A stretch of 38,836 bases of DNA from Bacilli bacterium (GCA_051893155.1 JBJFGY010000077.1:1-38836); one strand, 5' to 3'. Numbered from the stretch's first letter, positions 9,532 to 18,226 are shown. The notes: generated from the sequence alone by a model not told the origin. A program made the numbers and translations.

Positions 9532-11629
9532 GTTTAATTTCCTCCATTACATATACTTCAAAGATATCATTTGGTTTAAAGTCATCATATTTTTCAAGAG
9601 TAATACCACATTCAAAGCCTTTTTTAACTTCTTTTACTTGATCTTTACCTCTTTGAATTGAAGAAATTTTAGTATCCGCTAAAACAGTTGAATCACGAAT
9701 AACACGCACATTACTATTACTTTTTACTAATCCTTCAGTAACATATACTCCCGCAATATTACCAACTTTAGAAAATTTAAATATTTGTCTTACTTCACAA
9801 GCACCAATTTTCTTTTCTTCAAATTTTGGATCAAGCATTCCTGTTAAAGCAGCTTCAATGTCTTCGACTAATTTATAGATAATTGTATAAAGTCTTATAT
9901 CAATTCCATATTCTTTCGCCATATCTTTTGCATCAGATGATGGTACTACATTAAATCCAATAACAATTGCTTTAGATGCACTAGCCAAAACTATATCGCT
10001 TTCAGAAATAGGTCCAATACCACTTCTTATGACTTTAACTTTAACATCTTCGACTTTGATTTTTTCTAAAGAACTTTTTACAGCTTCTTCGCTACCTCTA
10101 ACATCTGCTTTTAAAACTACTGCTATTTCTTTTTGACCTTTATTTATGCTATCAAATAATTCATCAAGTGAAAGTGATTTTTTTTCACCTTTTTTAGCAT
10201 CTTCAGCATTTTTTCTTTTAATAGAAATATTTTTTGCTTCTTCAATTGTTTCAAATGCCATGAATTTATCACCAGCTCGAGGAGTATCATTAAGTCCTGT
10301 TATTTCCACTGGAGTAGATGGACCAGCTTCAACAATATTTTCTCCCCTATCGTTTTTCATTGTTCTTACCTTTCCATAAGTTGTACCAACAACAACAGGG
10401 TCTCCTAAACGAAGGGTTCCATTAAGAATTAAAAATGATGCAATTCCACCAATATTCTTATCTAGTTTTTCTTCAATAACAGCACCCAAGGCATATCTTG
10501 ATGGATTTGCTTTAAGTTCTTTTACTTCCGCAATAGCAAGTATTGTATCTAGAAGTTTATCAACTCCTTCGCCAGTTTTCGCAGAAATATTTATAAATGG
10601 ATAATCTCCACCCCAACTTTCTGGAGTAATACCTTCCTCAGCCATTTGTGTATAAACTCTTTCAATATTTGAATCTGGTTTATCTATTTTATTAACCGCA
10701 ACAACGATTGGAACTCCAGCACTTTTAGCATGATCAATTGCTTCTTTTGTTTGAGGCATAACACCATCATCAGCTGCAACAATAATTATTACAATATCAG
10801 TTACACTTGCTCCTCTTGCACGCATTTGAGTAAAAGCAGCATGACCTGGAGTATCTATAAATGTAATTTTATTATTATCTTTAGTAATTTGATAAGCACC
10901 TATTGCTTGCGTAATTCCTCCAGCTTCACTTGAAGCAATATTTGAAGATCTTATATAATCAAGAAGTGTTGTTTTACCATGGTCAACATGTCCCATTATT
11001 GTAACAATGGCAGGTCTTGGGGCTAAATCTTCTTCATTATCAATTACTTCATAATTATCAAAATCTGAGATATCTTGGCTTTCTTTTCTTTTTAATGTTT
11101 TATTATAATCAAGAGCAACAATTTCAGCATTTTCAAAATCAATTTGTGCATTAATAGATAGCATTAATCCTAAACTAATTAATTTTTTAATTATATCATT
11201 TGAAGATACTCCTAAAACATTGGCAAAATCAGCAACTGTCATATTATTTTCATATAAAACAACATTATCTTCTTTACTATTACTCATTAATTTTGTTTTA
11301 TTTTTATACATTTGTTTTTTTAAATTTTTAAATTCACTATTATTACTATCTTTCTTCTTTAATTTTTGTTTAGAAGTAGCAACAAGAGAATCAGTTTTAT
11401 CGATATTTTCACTTTGCAAAACTTTTTCAATAACATCATCAATTTGATCTTCTTCTTCATAAGTAGTTTCTTTATTTGTACTAATCAAATTAATAGTATT
11501 ATCAAGCATAATAATATCATCATCAGACAAAATAGCATTTGCATCTGCTTTTATACCAAGTTCACTACATTTTCTAAGTACTTCCGCTACTGATAAATTT
11601 ACATCCTTTGCATAATCTTTAATATTCAT
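9524..11629 (-). CDS. infB: Translation initiation factor IF-2
   Basis: GHVDHGKTTLLD, DTPGHAAF, NKID and KEVKKGFECG motifs. Confidence 0.98.
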   Translation of the reverse strand: MNIKDYAKDVNLSVAEVLRKCSELGIKADANAILSDDDIIMLDNTINLISTNKETTYEEEDQIDDVIEKVLQSENIDKTDSLVATSKQKLKKKDSNNSEFKNLKKQMYKNKTKLMSNSKEDNVVLYENNMTVADFANVLGVSSNDIIKKLISLGLMLSINAQIDFENAEIVALDYNKTLKRKESQDISDFDNYEVIDNEEDLAPRPAIVTIMGHVDHGKTTLLDYIRSSNIASSEAGGITQAIGAYQITKDNNKITFIDTPGHAAFTQMRARGASVTDIVIIIVAADDGVMPQTKEAIDHAKSAGVPIVVAVNKIDKPDSNIERVYTQMAEEGITPESWGGDYPFINISAKTGEGVDKLLDTILAIAEVKELKANPSRYALGAVIEEKLDKNIGGIASFLILNGTLRLGDPVVVGTTYGKVRTMKNDRGENIVEAGPSTPVEITGLNDTPRAGDKFMAFETIEEAKNISIKRKNAEDAKKGEKKSLSLDELFDSINKGQKEIAVVLKADVRGSEEAVKSSLEKIKVEDVKVKVIRSGIGPISESDIVLASASKAIVIGFNVVPSSDAKDMAKEYGIDIRLYTIIYKLVEDIEAALTGMLDPKFEEKKIGACEVRQIFKFSKVGNIAGVYVTEGLVKSNSNVRVIRDSTVLADTKISSIQRGKDQVKEVKKGFECGITLEKYDDFKPNDIFEVYVMEEIKRA

Positions 11630-11648
11630 AGATATCCCATCCTTTCTT

Positions 11649-12173
11649 TTATCTAGATTTTGTTTGTTCTTCTATATTTATATATCCCATTTCAATTAAT
11701 ATTTCTTCTAAAGTTCTTCCTTCATACTTAACAACTTCAATATTTGTGTTATTTACTATTTCTTTGGATAAAGTTGCATCATAATTTGCATCATATATAA
11801 TTTTCTTAATACCACTATTAATTATAGAATTCATGCAATCTTTACAAGGAAAAGTATTTACATAAATAGTTGCTCCAATAGTTGATATACCATGTCTTGC
11901 GGCAAAAGCAATAGCATTTTGCTCAGCATGAGAAGCAGGACATAATTCCAAATATTTTCCTGATGCATAATCTGGCATTTTTCTTCTTCGACATCCTCCT
12001 AAATCTTCACAATGCGTAACTCCTCTAGCAGGGCCATTAAAGCCAAATGATATAGGATTATCATCTTTAACAATAATAGCGCCAACTTTTCGAGATAAAC
12101 ATGTACTTCGAAGTGATGCTAAATGAGCAATTGCCATATAATATTCTTCTTTATTAGGCCTATTATTATTCAT
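11649..12173 (-). CDS. dCMP deaminase family (ComEB-like) zinc deaminase
   Basis: RSTC..RKVGA, GFNG, HAEQNAI and PCKDC zinc motifs. Confidence 0.9.
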   Translation of the reverse strand: MNNNRPNKEEYYMAIAHLASLRSTCLSRKVGAIIVKDDNPISFGFNGPARGVTHCEDLGGCRRRKMPDYASGKYLELCPASHAEQNAIAFAARHGISTIGATIYVNTFPCKDCMNSIINSGIKKIIYDANYDATLSKEIVNNTNIEVVKYEGRTLEEILIEMGYINIEEQTKSR

Positions 12174-12426
12174 TATTTACCTTTCTAATTAAAGTTTCAT
12201 AAATTTCATCAGGAACGCAAACTTCTAAAACTCTATCTAATATTTTAGTCTTTTTTGCTTTATTTATCACATCAATATCTTTTTTTAAATAAGCCCCTTT
12301 TCCATTTGCTTTACCACTTTCATCATATATAACTTCTTTTTCAGGGGTTCTAACAACCCTTAATAAATCACGTTTTTCACATTTTTCTTTCGTTACAACG
12401 CATGTTCTTAAAGGTATTTTTTTCAT
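12166..12426 (-). CDS. ylxR: YlxR/RnpM family RNA-binding protein
   Basis: KIPLRTCVV...KRDLLRVVR...GKANGKGAY. Directly downstream of nusA. Confidence 0.93.
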   Translation of the reverse strand: MKKIPLRTCVVTKEKCEKRDLLRVVRTPEKEVIYDESGKANGKGAYLKKDIDVINKAKKTKILDRVLEVCVPDEIYETLIRKVNNE

Positions 12427-13538
12427 TATTTATTTCCTTCCTCATTAACCTGGCTTAATGTTTTAATTTCAAGATAATAATGGGTAAGACGTGATGCAAG
12501 TTTAATATTACTTCCCTTTTTACCAATAGCTAAAGATAAATTATCATCACTTACAATTACTAAAGCTTTCTTTTCTTTTTCATCAATTATATTAACTATT
12601 GCATCTTTCGCAGGAACCATAGCATTTTTAATAAATTCCGCTGGATCATCATTATATAAAACTAAATCAATTCTTTCATCACCAAGTTCTTTTAAAACAC
12701 CAGCAATTCTACAACCTTTTTCGCCAATACATGAACCAATTGCATCTATTTTAGGATTATTTGAATAAACTGCAACTTTACATCTAATACCAGGTTCACG
12801 AACAACAGCATATATTTCAATTGTTCCATTAATAATTTCCGGAATTTCTTGTTCAAATAATCTTTTAACAAAACCAAAATGTTTTCTAGATAGCATAATA
12901 ACTGGGCCTTTAGCTCCTAAAGTTACTTTAGTTAAATATACTTTAATATTAGAACCCATCGTAATTTTTTCACCTGGAATAATTTCACTTTTAGGAAGCA
13001 TTCCTCTAGTTCTACCTAAATCAATATAATAGTTTTTTTGGTCTTCAAGAGCAACCATTCCAACCATTACTTCGCCTTCTTTATCATTAAATTCATTAAT
13101 AATACTTTCTTTTTCAGCTTCTCTTATTTTTTGCGTTAATACTTGTTTAGCAGTACCCGCAGCTACTCTTCCAAAATCTTTAGGTGTTACTTCTACTTCA
13201 ATTGTTTCTCCAACTTTTGCATTTGGATCAATTTTAACGGCATCTTCTAAAAGAATTTGAGCATCAATATTAATTTCAGGTGGAACAGTTACAGTGTTTC
13301 CTTCTTCATCAACAGTTTCACTACCTTCATCAATTTCAGAAACAACTACTAAATAAGAATAAACTTTAATATCTCCAGTCTCACGATTAATTCTAACAAT
13401 TACATTAGTTTTAGAATCAAAATTTTTCTTATATGCAGTAGTAAGTGCTAAAGTAAGTCCATCATAAATTACATCTTCACTTATATTTTTTTCTTTTGTA
13501 ACAAGCTTAACCGCTTTAATTAATTCATTACTATTCAT
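12426..13538 (-). CDS. nusA: Transcription termination/antitermination factor NusA
   Basis: FGRVAAGTAKQV, S1 domain, REPG.R.KVAV and LSLAIGKKG.N.KLA KH motifs. Confidence 0.97.
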   Translation of the reverse strand: MNSNELIKAVKLVTKEKNISEDVIYDGLTLALTTAYKKNFDSKTNVIVRINRETGDIKVYSYLVVVSEIDEGSETVDEEGNTVTVPPEINIDAQILLEDAVKIDPNAKVGETIEVEVTPKDFGRVAAGTAKQVLTQKIREAEKESIINEFNDKEGEVMVGMVALEDQKNYYIDLGRTRGMLPKSEIIPGEKITMGSNIKVYLTKVTLGAKGPVIMLSRKHFGFVKRLFEQEIPEIINGTIEIYAVVREPGIRCKVAVYSNNPKIDAIGSCIGEKGCRIAGVLKELGDERIDLVLYNDDPAEFIKNAMVPAKDAIVNIIDEKEKKALVIVSDDNLSLAIGKKGSNIKLASRLTHYYLEIKTLSQVNEEGNK

Positions 13539-13541
13539 TTT

Positions 13542-13796
13542 CTATCCTCTTTCCTTACTTGATATATCAAGAATATAACTATCTTCAATATCACAATATT
13601 TATCCACAATTGGATTAATTATTTTTGTAGCATCAACTATTTCATCTAAATCAATACCACCAACTTTATCTAAAGTTACCTCCAAAAAATTATATTTACC
13701 TTTCTTTTTATATGATATATTATCTACAAATATATCCATTTTTTTTATTGCAATATTAATTTTTTCAGTTAATTTTTCAAATTTCAAATATATCAC
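13542..13796 (-). CDS. rimP: Ribosome maturation factor RimP, N-terminal domain only
   Basis: L.V.LDK.GGIDLD and Y.LDISS motifs. First gene of the nusA operon. Only 84 aa. Confidence 0.8.
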   Translation of the reverse strand: MIYLKFEKLTEKINIAIKKMDIFVDNISYKKKGKYNFLEVTLDKVGGIDLDEIVDATKIINPIVDKYCDIEDSYILDISSKERG

Positions 13797-13811
13797 TTCC
13801 TATTTAATAAT

Positions 13812-13835
13812 AAAAGTGGGATTGCAAGCCCACTT
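13812..13835 (-). promoter_or_regulatory. rimP leader attenuator hairpin
   Basis: AAGTGGG-N8-CCCACTT followed by a T-run on the minus strand, between the promoter and the rimP RBS. This is the hairpin usually found before Firmicute rimP-nusA. Confidence 0.75.
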
Positions 13836-13849
13836 AAAATGTCATACTT

Positions 13850-13888
13850 ATTTTAACACTAAAAAAAAGATATGTCTATCTTTTTTTT
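13850..13888 (-). promoter_or_regulatory. Sigma-A promoter of the rimP-nusA-infB operon, embedded in an upstream terminator
   Basis: TAGACA(13878-13873)-17-TAAAAT(13855-13850) with an extended TG. Overlaps the hairpin A8GATA-tgtc-TATCT8 (13861-13888). Confidence 0.7.
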
Positions 13889-13904
13889 ACGTTATTTTTT
13901 TCTT

Positions 13905-14085
13905 CGGCGCCTCGCGAAAGGGTTTTCGCTGGGGTTATTGACAACTATAACCTACTATGGTTAAATAATGTTACATTTATTGGAATTCTATATTTTATTT
14001 ATATAGAGTTTTATAGTAACTTTTTGTTGAAAGACACAGTTAAGTTAACGAGGCCGGTTTACTCTAGTGTAAAGTGTTGGCACCT
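13905..14085 (+). ncRNA. Candidate structured non-coding element of unknown family
   Basis: Four hairpins plus a long-range GCCTCG/CGAGGC pairing. The wobble pairs read as G-U only on the plus strand. Confidence 0.4.
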
Positions 14086-14104
14086 ACTTATTATTATTAC
14101 TGCG

Positions 14105-16330
14105 TTATTCTATCAAAAATGGCGAAATATATGACCCATCTCCTGAGGTATACCCGGTGCCAGGTTTTAAAGAAACGGACAGCCGGGCCCCGTAAGATTT
14201 GCCCACGCCGCCGTTACTCAAGATACTATAACTATTGACAAAACGCCCGTAAGCACTGCTGTAGTATAAGCGGCAAGGGGAACCCAGCCAAAAATTCTGG
14301 CCTGTATTTAAATAATAGGTACTATCACTTGCATCTTTATAAGCAAGCCATACTTCTGGGGCGGTAAGTAATCCCACTGGATATTTAAGCGGTGCTTTTG
14401 CATTTCCTACTCTAAATTGATCTAACTCATTTGAACATACTAAACTATAATTTGTACTATAATTTTTAAATTGTAAATACTCTGTTGTACTTCCACCATT
14501 TGGATTCCAACCATTTAAATTTAATATACTTCGGTCATTACAAAATGTTGTGTCCTCTAGATAAGAGGTATATGATGTCATATTATTTTCATACCAAGTT
14601 TCTATATATATTTTCATTGTTGAATCAGTTTTATTTACATCATCTGCATATAACATTTCATTTAAAGCATCACTTACTGATTTACCATTTGTTAGCGTTA
14701 TATAATCTGCAGTTGAAGAACTAGTATGATGTACATAATATAAAGAAGTGCAAGTAGTACCTGTTGTGAAACACGTATAATGATTATTACTTATTGTATT
14801 ATAGCCACTTGACCAAGAAGAAACTGTCATTGTATCAGTAAGTGTATAAGAGCCATCAGCATATGTAAATGAATTACCAAATACAATATTAGATAATGCT
14901 GAACTAGATTTAGATGAAGAAGTATATACTGTATTATACATATAACCAACATATGCAGGTGAGTCCCAACTACTATTAAATGCACTTGTTCCTATTTGAG
15001 AATCTTCTCCAGTATTATTGCAAGTTAAATACGAATTACCTGAAGGTTTACCTACATAAAAAACTACATTATCACTACCACTTGCTCCTGATGAATCTTT
15101 TGTATATTCTACTTTTATTACATTTGAGGTAGTAAGGCCTTCAAGATTAATTGTTCCACTTATAGAACCACTATAAGTACCAAGCACTGTATCATCTTTA
15201 TAAAATATTGCTTCATCATAGCCTCCCTCTGAAGAAACTGTACATGATAATACATAATCACCTGCTTCAGCAACCGTAAATGTTATTGTTCCCGTAGCAC
15301 TATTTGTTTGATTTGTACTTGTCCATGTTTTATTTGTACTATCAAATGTATATGGGTAGTTTGCATCATTAGATACATTTAAATATTGTGATTCTTCAAT
15401 TGGAGTTGGCTTCATTATTGTTTTTGGAGTACCATTATAAATTAGTTTAACTCCCCCAGTATCGGTGGTTCTAACCATTTTCCAACATAGGTCCGCAAAA
15501 TAAACATTATTATCTTCGACTGCACCATTATAATAATATACTGGATTAGCATATGAATCTGATCCATCACCATCATATAATTTTACAAATGTATTTCCTT
15601 CATTATATTTATCTTGAATCATTGCATATAAAGTGCCACCATTATTAACACTTTGTGAAGTTTCACAATGAGTATTATCTACATAAAATCTACCTTTAAA
15701 AGTTTTATTAGCAAGAGAAGTTTGATCTAAATCTAAGTTATAAAATTTATTAGTAAAAGTCCAAGTTTGTACTGTTGGATTATTTGAACTTGAATTTATA
15801 ATTTCTACTCCACTTACAATAGTTCTTTTATATGGATTTGATCCCCAATACTCATCATAAGCAAAATTTGTTTCTTCTTTAAACATATTAGAAAAAGTTG
15901 TTGGTCCACTTGCTTGTAAAGTAAATTCTTTTGTAGCTCCTTCACTTACTGGAGTTGGTTCTTTTCCATAAATACTTGAATCATTATCATATTCAAATAT
16001 TATATCATAAGTACATTTTACTGCATAACTAGTCGTACCTGCATCTAAAGAAACAGTTAAACTAGACTCATTAGTCATAACATAATTACCAGCATTATCT
16101 TCAGTCATATTTTCAGGATCAATATCAATAGAAAATGATGTATTCGTCGCATTTAAATAAGCATTTGAAAGATTACCCGCAGATAAATTAACATTTAGCA
16201 TATTACCAAGATTAACAAAAAAATTACCAAAATAGGCAAAAGTTATAGCCATTATAATAACTAAAAAAATTGCTACTATTATAATAATTGAAATACTTTT
16301 TTTATCTAATTTATTTTTTTTATTTTCCAT
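14105..16330 (-). CDS. Large exported/surface protein with a C-terminal C-type-lectin-like (DUF6273-like) domain; putative DGR target
   Basis: N-terminal hydrophobic stretch ending TFAYF (SipW-type signal-like) and a S/T/N/Y-rich beta-type body. C-terminal YPVGLLT...FWLGSP...V.......GAR.SVSLK motif. Own promoter TTGGAA-17-TATTAT (16386-16358). Confidence 0.75.
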   Translation of the reverse strand: MENKKNKLDKKSISIIIIVAIFLVIIMAITFAYFGNFFVNLGNMLNVNLSAGNLSNAYLNATNTSFSIDIDPENMTEDNAGNYVMTNESSLTVSLDAGTTSYAVKCTYDIIFEYDNDSSIYGKEPTPVSEGATKEFTLQASGPTTFSNMFKEETNFAYDEYWGSNPYKRTIVSGVEIINSSSNNPTVQTWTFTNKFYNLDLDQTSLANKTFKGRFYVDNTHCETSQSVNNGGTLYAMIQDKYNEGNTFVKLYDGDGSDSYANPVYYYNGAVEDNNVYFADLCWKMVRTTDTGGVKLIYNGTPKTIMKPTPIEESQYLNVSNDANYPYTFDSTNKTWTSTNQTNSATGTITFTVAEAGDYVLSCTVSSEGGYDEAIFYKDDTVLGTYSGSISGTINLEGLTTSNVIKVEYTKDSSGASGSDNVVFYVGKPSGNSYLTCNNTGEDSQIGTSAFNSSWDSPAYVGYMYNTVYTSSSKSSSALSNIVFGNSFTYADGSYTLTDTMTVSSWSSGYNTISNNHYTCFTTGTTCTSLYYVHHTSSSTADYITLTNGKSVSDALNEMLYADDVNKTDSTMKIYIETWYENNMTSYTSYLEDTTFCNDRSILNLNGWNPNGGSTTEYLQFKNYSTNYSLVCSNELDQFRVGNAKAPLKYPVGLLTAPEVWLAYKDASDSTYYLNTGQNFWLGSPCRLYYSSAYGRFVNSYSILSNGGVGKSYGARLSVSLKPGTGYTSGDGSYISPFLIE
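14171..14290 (-). other. Putative DGR variable region (VR)
   Basis: About 50% GC by hand count. Scaffold codons lack adenine. 19 of 21 putative variable codons end in C/T, and only 2 of 40 codons end in A. Confidence 0.65.
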
Positions 16331-16388
16331 AACTTACATTCCTATCATACTAAAAATATAATAGCATAATTTTTTTTATTTTCCAATA

Positions 16389-16907
16389 TTATTTGTTAAT
16401 TTTTAATACACCATTTTCAATTTGTTTTGTCTCACTAATTGAAATAAATGCATCTTTATCAATAGATTTTACAATTTTTACTAGTTTTTTTAAATATCTT
16501 TTATCTACTTCAATAATAAGCATTTGTTTTTTTATATTATCAAAATCATTTTTTAAATCAATAATAGATATACCAAAACCATTATTTCTTAAAGTATTAA
16601 TTAAAATATCATTTTTCTTTTTAGTAATAATAGTTACATTTTCAATACCTTTAATAAAATTATTGGATATAAAAGAACCAATTAATATACCTGTAGCATA
16701 ACCAAGGGAATAACTTATTGGTATCCATAATGAATCTAAATCAACATTTAAAGCTTGCCTTGCCACTAAAAACCAAACTAATACTTCAAAAAAAGATAAT
16801 ATTGAAGAAAAAATAGTTTTTCCTTTTAATGTATAAAATGTTCTAATCGTACTTAATGTTACATCAAGTATTCTTGCAAAATATATTTGTAAACATAATG
16901 CTATCAT
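16389..16907 (-). CDS. UPF0316/DUF2179 (YebE-like) membrane protein
   Basis: ARILDVTLSTIRT, FFEV.VW, YSLGYATG..IG and ID..AFI motifs. Confidence 0.85.
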   Translation of the reverse strand: MIALCLQIYFARILDVTLSTIRTFYTLKGKTIFSSILSFFEVLVWFLVARQALNVDLDSLWIPISYSLGYATGILIGSFISNNFIKGIENVTIITKKKNDILINTLRNNGFGISIIDLKNDFDNIKKQMLIIEVDKRYLKKLVKIVKSIDKDAFISISETKQIENGVLKINK

Positions 16908-17680
16908 TTAATAAGTTTCCTTACTTTAATTAGAGCATTTTTTTCAATTCGAGATACTTGCGCTTGTGATATATTTAATTCACTAGCAATTTCTGTTTGA
17001 GTTTTTCCCACAACATATCTTTCCATTAAAATAGATTTTTCTCTTTCTTTTATTTTTTTTAAAGCTTTATATAAAGAAATCATCATATCTTTATCATAAC
17101 TTTTTTCTTTGTTATCTGCTATTTGATCTTCTAAATAAATTGTATCTCCTCCATCAGAATATATTGGAGCAAATATACTCATAGGTTCTTTTAAGGCATT
17201 TAAAGCAAAACCAATATCTATTTCACTTATATTTAAAGCCTTTGATATTTCACTATTTAATGGTTCTTTTCCATATTTATTTATATATTCTTCTTTAAAC
17301 CTAAGTATTTTATAAGCATCATCTTTTATACTTCTTGCTATTCTCATTTGGGTATTATCTCTTAAATATTTTTTTATTTCTCCCACTATTAAAGGTACAG
17401 CATAAGTAGACAATTTTAAATTATAAGATAAATCAAAATTATCAATGGCTTTTATTAAACCAATAACTCCTACTTGAAATAAATCATCTTGATTAATACC
17501 TTTTTTATTAAAACCTTTTAATACAGATAAAACTAATTTTAAATTACCATTTACTAAATCATCTTTTGCTTTTAAATTACCACTTTGATATAGTTTAAAT
17601 AATTTAATATTTTCTTCATGAGTTAAACATTTTAAAGTACTAGTATTTATTCCCGTTATATCAACTTTATAATTACTCAT
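16904..17680 (-). CDS. sigG: Forespore sporulation sigma factor SigG
   Basis: SigG-type N-terminus KVDITGINTSTL, LVNGNLKLVLSV, DDLFQVG.IGL.KAIDNFD and TQ.EIA..L.ISQAQVSR.EK. Likely start is ATG 17680 after GAAAGGA. Confidence 0.9.
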   Translation of the reverse strand: MSNYKVDITGINTSTLKCLTHEENIKLFKLYQSGNLKAKDDLVNGNLKLVLSVLKGFNKKGINQDDLFQVGVIGLIKAIDNFDLSYNLKLSTYAVPLIVGEIKKYLRDNTQMRIARSIKDDAYKILRFKEEYINKYGKEPLNSEISKALNISEIDIGFALNALKEPMSIFAPIYSDGGDTIYLEDQIADNKEKSYDKDMMISLYKALKKIKEREKSILMERYVVGKTQTEIASELNISQAQVSRIEKNALIKVRKLIK

Positions 17681-17698
17681 ATCATTTCCTTTCAAAAT

Positions 17699-17728
17699 TA
17701 TATTGATAAAAAAGGAAATATTTTATAC
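17699..17728 (-). promoter_or_regulatory. Putative sigma-F/sigma-G promoter of sigG
   Basis: GTATA(17728-17724)-18-CAATATA resembles the forespore consensus GHATR-N18-CATnnTA. Confidence 0.4.
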
Positions 17729-18226
17729 ATTTTTTAATCTTGCTTTAATTACTATTTGTTTATTTAAATTATTTATATCACATGTTACTAAATATAAATT
17801 ATTTTGTTCATATGTAATTAAATAACTACTTTTTTTAGTTATATAATCAATATCAAATATAATATATTTATAAGTAACACCAAAATATTTAATAATTATT
17901 TCATCATTAATAGATAAATTAATCAAATCATTAAAAAAAGCATTTTTAGCATATCCTGAATGACCTAATATAATAATTGTACTTTTATTACTTTTTACTT
18001 TAGAATAAGGTGATAACATAATATTATCCTTTAAAGTAGATTTATCATTAAATTTTTTTTCAAAATTAATCTTAGGTATTTTTAAATAAATATCAAAAGT
18101 AGTATTATAATTATCAAATATAAAAATATTAGTATTATTTTTTAAATACTTTGTTTTATTAAAACTTAAAAATATAATTATTATTAATATAATTAAATAC
18201 CCTATTTTATTTTTTCTTTTTAACAA
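17723..18226 (-). CDS. Sortase
   Basis: N-terminal TM, LKIPKIN, IILGHSG (catalytic His), F..L..L...D.I and LYLVTC (catalytic Cys). Likely TTG start at 18226 after GGAG. Confidence 0.85.
   Translation of the reverse strand: MLKRKNKIGYLIILIIIIFLSFNKTKYLKNNTNIFIFDNYNTTFDIYLKIPKINFEKKFNDKSTLKDNIMLSPYSKVKSNKSTIIILGHSGYAKNAFFNDLINLSINDEIIIKYFGVTYKYIIFDIDYITKKSSYLITYEQNNLYLVTCDINNLNKQIVIKARLKNV

Noticed and set aside
14056-14075. dif/Xer recombination site (TTTAC-N6-GTAAA)
   Set aside because: The arms are only 5 bp and do not match XerC/XerD 11-bp arms. It is better explained as part of an RNA hairpin.
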